Shown: positions 22,681 to 34,890 of the stretch, piece by piece
Layout of the letters: each line of letters starts with the position of its first letter
Numbering within the stretch: position 1 is the stretch's first letter
Assembly: GCF_000143415.4 (NCBI RefSeq)
Contig: NW_003314266.1
Coordinates: 2,947,964 to 3,011,963, forward strand
Length of the DNA stretch: 64,000 nucleotides
Direction of reading: 5' to 3'
Source: Selaginella moellendorffii
Taxonomy: Eukaryota; Plantae; Lycopodiophyta
Notes under the pieces: generated by a model
Seen by the model: the letters and a program-made list of their open reading frames with translations, nothing else
The model's database searches: none
What the model was told of the DNA's origin: nothing
Translations under genes and position numbers: made by a program

Positions 22681-25059
22681 CTCTGCTAGATATAAATATA
22701 ATAATTAAAACTCTGTTTTAAATACTGTCTAGCATTTTACATTCTTCGGTAATCCCAAGAACCTAAAAATATACTTCATATATATATGCAAAGAAATATA
22801 TATAGTGGGACACTATGGAGGCATAGTAGCCTAGGCCATGAAGAAGTATCGAAGCAAGGTTTCACTTCATGGGTGTTTAATATGACAATGTTCTTGTGAG
22901 TAAGGATATGACTATACTGCCCCTGTAAGTATATGAACTGGGAAAAAAGAAAACATTTGTTGAGCTAGAATAGTCTCACTAGAATATAACTGTGTGAAAT
23001 CAATATAAAGTAACTTGTGCAAGTGATAAGCATGCTTAACATCTTTTAGATTAATCAACTGATGGCACTCCATAGTGAAAATCATTTTCTTAAAGTACTA
23101 TGCCACCTTACACTAAAAGTGTAAAATGTGCTATAGATTTACTATCATTGCCAATAGAGTACATAAATTTTATTTTGTTATGAATTGATGAACTACTCAT
23201 ACACACCCCCCTCCCCTCCCATGCATTTGTCAAATTCATCTCAACTTTATTGAGCTCCTCTGCCTAATCATCCTGTATGCAGTTCAATATTAAACAATTG
23301 CTTTAGAGTAGTATTCATATGTAGATTAATCCTCTTTTGTTAGTTGATATGAACATGCTTATAAAGTAATAGGTCTCTACATAAACAAAACAATATGTGT
23401 TTGTCCAATCAAATATATACTAGCATCAATGAGTCAATGTAAATAGATACTAAAAAGCTTTAGTTTCAATATGCCACCAAAGAAAAAACATGTCTAAAAG
23501 CTAAACATTTTATGTTGTAACAGATACTTATTATCAATACACTAAAGCTCCATATGTGATTCCATGTTAAAACACGTGGGGAATCACCTCTGCAAAACAC
23601 ACTTCATGCAAATATTGCCCAATGCAGCTTTAATGACATCCTAACCGACTCTAAAATCAACATATACTATATATAGATGCATATATCATTTGTGTGAACA
23701 AGGGTTTATTAAGGCTCTAAGTAGATGGATTTTAAAAAAAAAAATTTGCACCTTTTCAGCCCTCTTTAGAACATTTACTGAAAAATGTAAGAAACCCTAT
23801 TACATATATCTACAAATGCATCATATATCTTATTTATATTCACTAAATAATAATTTAAAAATAAATCAAATTACCTACATGTTTATCAATGAATAAATTG
23901 AATAAATTTTTACCATCTCTATCATGTTTCTTTTGCATCTGCAAACTCATCAAGAGTGTGTCAAAATCCAAATCTTACTATTTGATTCTCATTCTCAAAT
24001 TTAGCCATATAATGAACTTTATTTTAGATTTCTCAACTGCATTAGATTCATCTTGAGCTCTATTTGTTTGTAAGCCTTGCACTTCTGACTGCAAGTGCCA
24101 ATCCTCATGCTCCTAGCATCTATCAAACCATGCTCCAGTTGGCTTAAACACACTTATTCCCACTCTTTTGCATTTGACTTGTGCCTATTTTAATCCCTCT
24201 TTCAATGCTTAAAATTAGCAACTCATTTGTTTGCATGTAAGTGTAATCTACTAAGTTACACAGTGCCTTCCTCTATTCAAGCTCTAATCTCTCCCATATA
24301 TTTTCTTGCATGATGTGGGCTTTTGTAAATTGTAATAAGCCTCAATTTTCAAAGTCAGCCACTTAATTGATTCCAATAGCACTATCCACTAGATCTCCAT
24401 CATCATAACTCCCCTTATGACTAAGCACACCACCTACTTTGGAAAATAAGTTCTTGCAACAATTAAAGCCTATGCTTATTAATGTAATTGATAAATGGAT
24501 GATTATGAAAATACTAGAAGATTTGAATATCCAAGAAAATTTCATGGTTAATAAAATTCTTTGTCAACATGAAACTTTTGTGCTTCAAGATCTATAAGCA
24601 CTATAATCTAAAGATACAAACACAAATATTAACAGCTGACGTGTGAAAAAAAAGTGATTTTTACCTTAGGAAGAATAAAAATTTTGCAATTGATCTCACC
24701 CTTGCATAAAGGTCAAGATGTGGCGACAAAAATATTCCAATATACTCTATAATAACCTTTAGATAGGTCTTTATTCCTAGAATCTTTTGAGATAGAACCC
24801 AAACAACATAACAATTGAACATAAGGCTATTTGTTATATAAATTTCTATTTTTTGTTTCCATTTGTCTTCTCTTTGATGTGGTTATATATAGGCACAATG
24901 TCCAGCTTTGAGCTAGAAATCTCAATTGCAAATTACTTTAGTATTTGTCTCTCTTTATGATCTATGTTCCCTTACTACAAACCATGTTCTTTGTGGTAGC
25001 AGCAGTACACTTTGTTGACATTATTCAAAGTTACAAAATAGTCTCCAAAATAAAGTTGT

Positions 25060-25630
25060 CAAGAAGCATTATGAAGTGGATTCATTAGTTTCTTCCCATT
25101 GTGCATATAATCTTAATCATGGAGCTTTGCAATTTCTCTATCTTGTCCAACAAATGTTGATAAAAGCCAACCCTCCCATGGAATTTCTTAGTGATTGCTT
25201 GAAATCAAGCAGTAATCCTCTAGCATGCATTTCCTTTGCCTTGTATCACCATCAAAAGCATGATTAATCAACTCACCAAGGACAAGCTTCAAGTACTCCT
25301 TCCACAAACTTACAATCTTTTCCCATTGCCTTCTCATATTATGATTGTTGAAACGATTACAAGTAAACTAAATTGCAAGTATTAATTTTGGAAGTTGTTC
25401 ATGAAGAAGATTACACATGAAGACATGGCTATAGTGAAAAATCTAATTCTACTAGTATGCTTGCACAATGTTCTTATAGCTTTGGTCACCTTCACTTATA
25501 AAAACCACAAAGTCATCGATGCAAATATGATTTTCCCCTTGTTTTCCAAAAAACTTCAATCAAAATATCTCCTTTTGCTCTCCAATACATAATATATTCA
25601 ATTAAAGTCTCATCTTCTGCAATAACTAAA
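25060..25630 (-). mobile_element. Decayed DDE transposase core, P-element/THAP9-like, within the AT-rich block 22690-27540
   Basis: Minus-strand motifs in the expected order with stops and frameshifts: VIAEDET (~25607-25626), GDILI.F.G, HVFMCNLLHEQLPKLILAI*FTCNRF, INHAFDGDTRQRK (~25230-25268), LHD*DYMHNGKKLMNPL (DxxH; ~25073-25123). Confidence 0.55.
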
Positions 25631-27647
25631 TTAGATAGGATACTCAAACACTTCCATTCTTCTAGCATAGATCAATGCCAATGACTAGGACACTTCATTC
25701 AAAATTCCTATTCTATATTTAAAGCATTTATAACCACTATGTTTGGTTGTTGTCAAGCTTGGCCCTTTCACGTTTATACTAATCAAGTTGTTTATTCTTG
25801 ATCCTCCCTAGACTTTTGAAACAACTGCTTTATTGATTCAGAAAACATATACCCTTATTTCTTCCTCAGCAGATTCTAAATTATATTTTTCATAAGATCC
25901 CATATAGCTTCTAAACCTTCAAACTTACCTTGTCAATAAGCTTAAACAATCTTAGAGTAAAACTTTCACACGTCCTTGCAAACCATTGCTTCTCTTAAAC
26001 TCTCCTTGAGAGACTTTACTTGAATTAATAAAGCTATAATATGTCACTAAGCCCACCATAATTATGTATGGAGATATTGTTTGCAAATTCAAAAACTTCT
26101 AAGTTGCAAAGTACAAATATACCTTCTCTCGTTTCTCTATTTTTGTCATGTAGTCAGAACAAATATTTATCCTATATCCTTTACTAATTACAGTTCTATA
26201 TTCCCTCATAACTCACATTCTGAAATCTTTTTGTTGTGAAATACTAGCACCCTTTGTACATTAGAAGTTCTTAAATCCTTTAGTGCTTACAATAACTCAC
26301 TCACAATCTTGATGTATAAATGTATCTTTCACTTTGACACTCCTATCTCTAAAGCTAAGGACTCTTATTAAGCACTTCTCTAAAACCCATTTCTGAGGCT
26401 CCAAAGAATCATCTAACATTGGCTTCATATCCACTATCTAACTACTATAATAGTAGTATGATTGCCAATATCCAAATCATTAAGGTTTCTATATTGAATT
26501 AATCCACACACTAAAGTTGAAGGAGATGAACTTAACTCTTACTGGCTCCAATAGCACTTAAGCTTGCATTGAGTTGGAAACAATAAAGAAATCAAATAAT
26601 AAACTAGATCTGAAATGAAAATACTTTTGTGGAAAAATGTTAAGATATTTCTTTCACTTGTTTTCAAAATTTTCTTCTTCACTAGATGCCCTAGTTTTTT
26701 TTATCTTTTCATCAGTTATAGCTTATGTGGCCATTTTGCGCACAATTCTAAATCTACACAAAACATCTGTGTTTTCCAAAAGCCCTAAACTATATGCTAT
26801 ACTGACATGGCAAATAGCTGAGTTGGAATTTGGCACAATTGAACTTGGACATTACTTTTTTATTGTGATAGTCTTATTGTTATTTAATTTAAATTTATGA
26901 GATAGATAGTATTATTTGGAATAATTATTCTGAAAAAATTCATCTAATTAATTTTAAATTAAAATAAATAATTTATTTTTAACCCATAATGAAAAATAGA
27001 ATTTTTCCAGCTTTAACCATTATGTTCTTAGACTGAGTTTTGCAAACACTGATGCTTTTGATTATCTTACAATATTTTATGAATCTGTTTTATTTTATTA
27101 TTATAAATGAGTTTCTCAAAATATATTTTAGTATTAGAAAATATAAGTCCTCACTCCACACAAAAAAAATAGTTAATTTGTGTTTAACTAGTAACTTTGA
27201 AGTCATCATATCAGTCAAACTATTTGTAAACTACATACAACCTGCCATATACAATCTCAACATAAGACTTGCAAAATCTTATGCATAATGATAGATGCAA
27301 GATGTATGACTGATTCATCTCTAGATTTGAATACCATTTGAATGATAGTGGACATGCTTAATATATCTTTATCTGAATTATAATTATAACTTTTAGAATT
27401 TATGAGTCATTGACATCTACAGGTTAAGAGTATAAAATATAGATATTTCTAGCCTTATCTTAATCTATATTATTATGAATTTCAAGAAAATACAAAGCAA
27501 ACTGGTTAGCAAACCATTTATGAATAATATTTAGACTCTTATAGGAAATACAAATGGTAATCGCAGTGCTGATTATGAACAAACTTGTTGCAATGCAAAA
27601 ATTCACCGGTACATAGCATAAAAACATGTTGCACAATTGCAGGTAAT

Positions 27648-30486
27648 ATCTCTAGATTTGAATAACATTATCGGGAATGATAATGGTAGCATGCATGAAT
27701 GTTCGCTGTTAATATCATTAGTGGCATGGTTTTGCAAGTCAGATTTGAACAGATAATAGTAATAAGTCGTAGCATGAAAAATGTCATATCTGTGGTGCGC
27801 ATCCAGAGACTGTACCTCCATTCCACAAATCTAAAGTTTCGGTACAGGCACTATAGGCCACTATGCATGGGCAAGTATCATAAGGGGGGGGCGGAACTTT
27901 ATCTCCTGCACCTTTGCAATGGAATTTCATGCTCATCCTCCACATCCAATCGGACAATTCAACGGGCAAGAAGCCGCCAAGAAGCTCACCCCACCCCCAA
28001 GCGATGGTATGCGCTAAAAAACGGTACTTTACTGTCATGGAAGCTACACACATTCTCCTCCATCTTATACTTTCCCTAGTAGCTTTGCTCTCTCACGGTC
28101 CTGTTACACCAACACAAGCATTTGGGGTCATGGGAACTTTAGCTCCAATGTGGGGGCAATTCGATCCAACACAGGACTCCTCGACTAAGGGTACGTATCA
28201 CATGTGTGTTATCGAGGCTGGAAGCCTCCTCCCACACTGCCTTGGCAACATGAGCCGCAATTCTTCCGTGACATTGGTCGATCCGCCGAAAGATACCCCG
28301 TTTCTGGCACTATCGGCTGGAGCACAATTCACTTGCGGCTTGATATATGGATCCCAGGTACCACTATGCTGGGGGGACTTGGACAACAACAAGCTCGCGG
28401 TCCCAGAGAAGCTCCAGAAGGTGAGCTACTCGACCATCGCGTCTGGGGCTTACCACGTCTGCGCGCTACGCTCCGGGGCAGCTGCGGCCGTTGACTGCTG
28501 GGGCAGAAAGTCAAACGGTGAGAGCCAGCCCCCGGTGAATGGCGGTCCTTATGTGTCGCTGACCTCCGGCTGGGACTTCTCGTGTGCGTTGACCGCGCTG
28601 GGCCGGGCGGTCTGCTGGGGAGCGCTCACAAACCGGACCTTCACCCACAACCACGCCGAGCCAAACACCTCATTCGACGCAATCTTTGCCGGGCGGTCGT
28701 ATGTTTGCGGGGTGGAGAGACAGACAGGGAATGCTACGTGCTGGGGGGACAACAGCTACAGCCAGTCGAATGTCCCGCCTTACACTAGATTCAAGACCAT
28801 TGCGCCGTCCATGTTCCACACCTGCGGGCTCATCCGGGACACGGGCGTGGCGGATTGCTGGGGCGACGACTTTTACAGCCAGGTCAACGCCACCTCGCTA
28901 GGGGTGACCTTCTCCACGCTTGCCGCAGGGGACTTTTACACCTGCGGGGTCAACGCCGAGGATCTGGCCGTCAGGTGCTGGGGGAATGGAGTCCAGGGAA
29001 CCAAGGATTTTGCCAGAGTCAAAGTGGCTCCTACTGTTTGCAGAACGGCCAGATGCAGCAAGCACCAGTATCAACTCCCCTCGAGCTTCTGCCCTGGGAT
29101 GGGGAACTACAAGGCCTGCGTTGACTGCACTCCAGGATTGTGCGGCAAGCGAAAGAATGTTATCACTCTCGCGGTGCTTTGCGTGGTGCTGGTCTTGACG
29201 GTGGTGCTGGTGGCTGCTGGGTTTACCATCCTTGAGTTTCGAAGGAAAAAGTTGGCGAAGGCAGTGCTGGCTGATCAAGAGCTCGACTTGGAGCTCTTGG
29301 AGTACGAGAAACAGGCAAAGAGAGTGAAGGAGTATACGCAGCAAGAGCTCAGCCTGGCAACCGGTAACTTTAGCAGCGACATGGTGATTGGGAAGGGAGC
29401 CTTTGGAATGGTGTACAAGGCGAGGCTTCCCAGTGGAGAGATTCTGGCCATAAAGAAGGGCAAGCTTGGAAAGGCTGCCTCTTTCGGTGGAGAGCTCAAG
29501 CTCCTCAGCCGGCTTCACCACACAAACCTGGTCAATCTCATCGGCTACTGCAAACAGGAGAAGCTGCTCGTGTTTGAGTTCATGGGAAACGGGTCGCTGT
29601 ACGACTGCCTCTTCGTGAAGAACATCAAGCTCGACTGGTCGACGAGGCTGAAGATCGTGATCCAAGCAGCTCACGGCCTCGAGTACCTCCACCTCTTTGC
29701 GGATCCCAGCATCATCCACAGAGATGTGAAGTCGTCCAACATCCTCCTGGACGAGGGATTCAATGCTCACGTCGCGGATTTTGGAGCCTCCACCTTGGGG
29801 CCAACGGAGAACTCCACTCACGTTACGAGCACCAGCCTTGTTGGAACTCCGGGATATGTTGATCCCGAGTACTTCCAGACAATGCAGATCAGCCCCAAGA
29901 GCGATGTCTACAGCTTTGGAGTTGTCATCCTGGAGCTCTTCACAGGGAGAAAGGCTGTGGACTTGGGACAAAGTATCGTCGGAGTTGTGGCATGGGTGGA
30001 AAAGGTGGCGAGCGAGTTCTCATCGCTGGTGCCGGCATTGGACATGGAGCCCCCAGTGGACGAGGAGAAGTCTCGCATTTTGGCCGAAGTTTTGGAGCTG
30101 GGAGTGTGCTGTGTGAGGCCAAAGGCAATCGATCGCCCTACAATGACGGTAGTCGCGAGTAGTCTTGAGAAGGTTTTGAAACACTTTGGAAATCCTAGCA
30201 GCGCGAGGGAGTGGATTTCTTCACCATGGACAGAGACCACCTCTGGGCCTTCTACGGCTGATGGACATTCAACGCTAGAGGCAAGCTTTTCAAGCTCATT
30301 CCTTGCAGAAATTCGTCTCGTGAGCCCCAAGTAAGTCAAAGCTAACTTTGAAGGACATGTAACATATAAAATTCAAATTTTTTATCAAGCATTGTTTAAT
30401 TGCTTTTAGATGGGCACCACAAGATCTAAAACAGGTTATATATACATATGTTATTATTCTTGATAATGTTATTCAAATCTAGAGAT
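27648..30486. repeat. Inverted repeat pair flanking the receptor kinase
   Basis: ATCTCTAGATTTGAATAACATTATC (27648-27672) is the exact reverse complement of 30462-30486. Patchy inverted similarity extends outward (~27500 vs ~30600). A further copy lies at 27313-27333. Confidence 0.85.
28037..30334 (+). CDS. CRINKLY4/ACR4-family receptor-like Ser/Thr kinase, intronless
   Basis: Signal peptide from Met 28037 (ORF open from 27914), about seven crinkly repeats (xSAGxxFTCG...CWG), short Cys-rich segment, TM helix, intact kinase (GKGAFG, AIK, HRDVKSSN, DFG, GTPGY). Confidence 0.93.
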   Translation: MEATHILLHLILSLVALLSHGPVTPTQAFGVMGTLAPMWGQFDPTQDSSTKGTYHMCVIEAGSLLPHCLGNMSRNSSVTLVDPPKDTPFLALSAGAQFTCGLIYGSQVPLCWGDLDNNKLAVPEKLQKVSYSTIASGAYHVCALRSGAAAAVDCWGRKSNGESQPPVNGGPYVSLTSGWDFSCALTALGRAVCWGALTNRTFTHNHAEPNTSFDAIFAGRSYVCGVERQTGNATCWGDNSYSQSNVPPYTRFKTIAPSMFHTCGLIRDTGVADCWGDDFYSQVNATSLGVTFSTLAAGDFYTCGVNAEDLAVRCWGNGVQGTKDFARVKVAPTVCRTARCSKHQYQLPSSFCPGMGNYKACVDCTPGLCGKRKNVITLAVLCVVLVLTVVLVAAGFTILEFRRKKLAKAVLADQELDLELLEYEKQAKRVKEYTQQELSLATGNFSSDMVIGKGAFGMVYKARLPSGEILAIKKGKLGKAASFGGELKLLSRLHHTNLVNLIGYCKQEKLLVFEFMGNGSLYDCLFVKNIKLDWSTRLKIVIQAAHGLEYLHLFADPSIIHRDVKSSNILLDEGFNAHVADFGASTLGPTENSTHVTSTSLVGTPGYVDPEYFQTMQISPKSDVYSFGVVILELFTGRKAVDLGQSIVGVVAWVEKVASEFSSLVPALDMEPPVDEEKSRILAEVLELGVCCVRPKAIDRPTMTVVASSLEKVLKHFGNPSSAREWISSPWTETTSGPSTADGHSTLEASFSSSFLAEIRLVSPK

Positions 30487-33300
30487 GAATTGGTTTTACA
30501 ATCTACAATTGTACCACATCTTGCATTTCTACCTTTAACAACTGTTATCGAAACTAGCACCTCACTTTTTGTGTTTCCTATGCAATTGTGTTAAATGGTT
30601 CACATACTACATCAAATAAAAACCTTTTGCTTTAGTCATAAGGTAAATATCAAGAAGTTAAAAAGTATCAATATTGATGTAATAGAAACCCTTTACTTTT
30701 GTTTATGAGCAACATAACTATCAAAAAGTCTATAAGTATTAATAAAATTAACCTAGATTTATTAAGAGTATATTCACCAATAATGACCACAGTGGAAATT
30801 GAACCTTAAATCTTTACTCATGGGATTTAAATTCAACATATATCATGCACATGGATGGGTATATAAAATTAACATATGAATCTAGGACAGATGTGAAAAT
30901 TCTTCATCCAAATGAAACTTTTACTACTTCTTGGCAATCTAAAGGTAATTCCTCCACAACCAAGACTAATACCAACATCTTTTTCTATTTCTTGTTGGAT
31001 GATCTTATGCAACAATTGCAAAGGTACTTATAGGGCTAGGACAATGGGGATCTGTTAGCAAGTGAATTACAAGAGGTCACTCATCCAAAAGGATCAAAAT
31101 TTTAAGTGATTTCCTTAATATTTATATGATTTTGTGTAGGACCACAATTGGATATGTTAATTAGGAGCCTAGTTACTCAATGTGTTATAACAAGGCAACC
31201 AAGATTTGGAGATGAGAATGCCAAATGTTGGAAATTGTTCTTTAGTGTTTTTACTACTAAGTGATCTTGAGGCTAGTCTTGAACTCCTGATGGAAGAATT
31301 CTGGTGGGAGTGCAAATGTGATGGTGAATAGTTCAACAAGAATGATTGCCACTCCTTGGAAAATGAAGGTGGTGATATTTAAAGCTTAATGTGAAGTGGA
31401 TGCATAACAAAAAAATTGTAATTGCAATTTAACAAACTCTTATTTTGAAAACAAAATCAATAAAAATGAATTAATTTTTTTTATTGAATTCAGGAAAAAA
31501 AACCATATAAAAACCATGAATTTTTAATTGGTATATAGGTGGATACTAATAAGATCTCACATAGAATTAGGATCCTCAACTTACACTCACTCAAATGCAC
31601 TTTTATGCTTTGCACTTAACTAAAATAATCATTTCCTTGCCATTGTGAGTGTCAAGGATGATCATAAGGATTTGCTTGAAAAAAAGCAAATATCTTAGTT
31701 TTTTTGTTGTTTTAAGCTTGAGACCTTTAAATAACAAAAATACAAAAGATTGCATAGAAACCCCTACATATGTATACTTTCTATATTAGGAGAAAGAAGA
31801 CTTTAATCTCGAGGTTGCACCCAAGCAAGTACAAACTGTGCATGCAAATTTTCAGCACTTGATCTTATGAAGCATGATTCTTTCTTTTAGGAACAAAAAT
31901 ATAAAGCTACAAAAACATCAATGTGTAAAGGTATATAAAAAATGACATAAATATATCAGCTTTCCCACTATCCTCACCTAGCATAACAACACATGAGATA
32001 AATAACTTTATGTGCCTTTCAAAATTAAAAGCATGCTAGCAAACAATTCACTTAGAAATGTGTTTGTGTTAGTGAAACAATGTTGTAATGCTCCTCACTC
32101 CTCACAATATAATCATTGCAATAATCATGAAGCTCAAGCCAAGAAGCAAAAACCCATGAAAAAAAGTTTATATTGTCACTTTGTAACATGCATGAGTGTA
32201 ACAAACTGTTACAATGCCAAAAACTTGTGTGCATAATTAAAAATGCAAAAAGTTGATAGAATTAACCACACAATTCATTTACGCTCAAAAAAGCTATCAC
32301 TCAATGCCCCAAGCACTAAAAAAAAGGCTTTGTGCTTGCCTTCACACTTCAATCAATCACTACCTAATTTAGGATGTTATACTACAAATAAATTATATAA
32401 AAAAAGGCACACTACAACTACATTAGGGTGTGTTGTGATTTAAATGTGTTTTATTTCTCATGGCTTGATTGTAAAACTATAAAAATGAAAGGTGAATGTA
32501 ACATGCCAAAAGTATGAAAGAAATGGTTACAATCAGAAAATCATAAATTTGCATTCAATGATATAAAAATGAGACAAAAAAATCCTTCCTAAATTTGTAA
32601 TGATATCATGTTATCTGAGATGATGTGGCATTATTTTTATATGGTAGTTTGAGGTGTTATGCCCCAATCTCACGACAAAACAATCAAAATGTGATTGTGT
32701 GTATAATACTTTTGCATAGAACTCAAAATAAAATATAATATATATATATATATCCACACATGTGTAAATATATAATGTTCCAGTCTGCAATTATATATTC
32801 ATTGCCATAGGTAATAAAAAATGCAAAAAATTATCACATATGTAAATATAAAATAAAACCATATACAATCACATTTTGTTTGCCAAAGGTGTGAACCACT
32901 TCTTATAAATTACATATGCATTTTCTATGTAGTGTATGCTAATAGTTGATAAGAATCCACCCTACCATTGCCACTGCTATAATCATTATTGCTGTTACTT
33001 GGTGTGCAAGTAACGCAAACATTGGTGAAAATCCAATGCCCTGCAAAGGAAAGACTCTACCACCATAATCTTCTTATCCCATATAATAGTTTTTTATGTT
33101 GTGAATATTCTTTGTAGCTTAAATGTGTTTCTAAACGTCATATACCACAAACAATGTGACAATCACATTAAACATGATTGTCACCAATTTAATATTAAAA
33201 TATAAAATATAGCCACATTTGCCTGCCATAGATTGCACAGTGTCTTTAATTTGTCTTATTAGTGTTTTGTGAAAGGAAAACGCAGAAAATGATTAAGTAT
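30350..33300. mobile_element. AT-rich decayed repeat/TE-like block
   Basis: Composition and absence of ORFs only; no family motif recognised. Confidence 0.35.
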
Positions 33301-33546
33301 CCATTTATTCTCTTGAGTTCTTGTTTCTATTTGTTTCAAGTATTTTTGAACTTGTATAATTGTTGACATTTACCTTTGATGGTTGTGATGAAAGCAAAAG
33401 GGTTTCTAGTTGATGCAATATGTCAACCGTTTAAATATAAATTTCCAGGGCTCTCTAGGAATTTGCATCCAAGTGATTGCTCAAGCTGTTGGAGCTCAAG
33501 AAGAGCTTGGGATCGAGATGAGGGCGTGCCGATTGCATTGCCAAGC

Positions 33547-33768
33547 NNNNNNNNNNNNNNNNNNNNNNNNNNNNNNNNNNNNNNNNNNNNNNNNNNNNNN
33601 NNNNNNNNNNNNNNNNNNNNNNNNNNNNNNNNNNNNNNNNNNNNNNNNNNNNNNNNNNNNNNNNNNNNNNNNNNNNNNNNNNNNNNNNNNNNNNNNNNNN
33701 NNNNNNNNNNNNNNNNNNNNNNNNNNNNNNNNNNNNNNNNNNNNNNNNNNNNNNNNNNNNNNNNNNNN
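33547..33768. other. Assembly gap
   Basis: Run of N. Confidence 1.
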
Positions 33769-34533
33769 AGTTCATGTAATTTAGCTGAATTTCTACAAAT
33801 TTTCTTTTAATTTATGTCATGTCTCGCATTCCTTTTGTCTCTCTGCTGTTCAGAGGTCTCAGGCTCAACTAGCACGAATGCTTTAGGTGCCCCTGTAGCT
33901 CCTCGGGCCACGGGAATCTCTGCCAAGTTCTCATTGGGTGACAACGAAAGGGTGGTAATCTCAAACTCGTACAATTGCGTGGCTCAACGTCGGCGATCAA
34001 GGTCGCGGGTGATGCCCTGGCATTGTGATGCAAAACAAGGTGTAGCTTTACAAGAAAAGCTGCCACTTCGTGGTTAGAGAGGCAGCCGAAGAGTTTGAAG
34101 TTCTAGAAGAATCCGGGATGTTTAGCTTGAATAAGTGAATCGTGCATTGTGTCACTGGTGAGCGCCAGCAAGAGAACATGCCACGCTCCAAATATCAGCT
34201 TAATCCTTCCCTCTTCAAAGCTGGAAAACGCAGCAAAAGAAGAAGAAATTTGTTTCTTACCTCGAGCTTTTCCCCCAAAATCCTCATGATCGTCCTTGAC
34301 ACTTCGCAGTGGCAAGGAAACGACCATTCTGGCTAAGCGCCAAGCACGAAAGTGTGTCTGAGTGAGCGTAGATCTAGAAGGGATACCCGTGAGCAACATG
34401 AACACAAAGGAATCGCGAGAATATCCAGGACACTAGAAGTTTATAAGTGGTGACGGATTTCCTCGCCGTCTCGTTTGCCCAGACATAAACACATCACAAA
34501 ATAAAGCTCACGATAAAATCTATGATGTTATGA

Positions 34534-34836
34534 ATGTATGACATTCTTTTGGTTGTGGATTTTTCTTATGCTTTGGAGACTAAGCTTGAGAATGTGATGA
34601 AGGAGAAGTTTTATATCACTCAGAGTATTGCGGCTTTTAAGGAGCAACTCCAAATACATGAAATAGTTGACTATAGAAACTTCGATGTGGTGTGGCTGGT
34701 GAAAAAACTAGAGAAACAATATGGCCATGCAGTTTTTGTCACCATTACTGTTCAATCTTATGCTTTTAGTTGGGTGCCTTCCAGCTTGATAGGAAAAGTG
34801 TGGAACAACAATGCAATGCGATTTTTGTCACTATAG
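34534..34836 (+). other. Possible uncharacterised coding exon or gene fragment
   Basis: 100-aa ORF with protein-like composition (HEIVDYRNFDVVWLVKKLEKQYG); family not recognised. Confidence 0.25.
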
Positions 34837-34890
34837 TTCGATTTTTCATTCATTAGAATATTCCACGACTGTCGATTATTTCGAAGGGCT

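Noticed and set aside
28898-29971. Long antisense ORFs over the kinase (and similar ones at 21030-22067, 47685-48440, 62172-62906)
   Set aside because: Typical antisense shadows of GC3-rich coding sequence.
33376-33810. ORFs spanning N runs (also 46965-47546)
   Set aside because: Artefacts of translating through assembly gaps.
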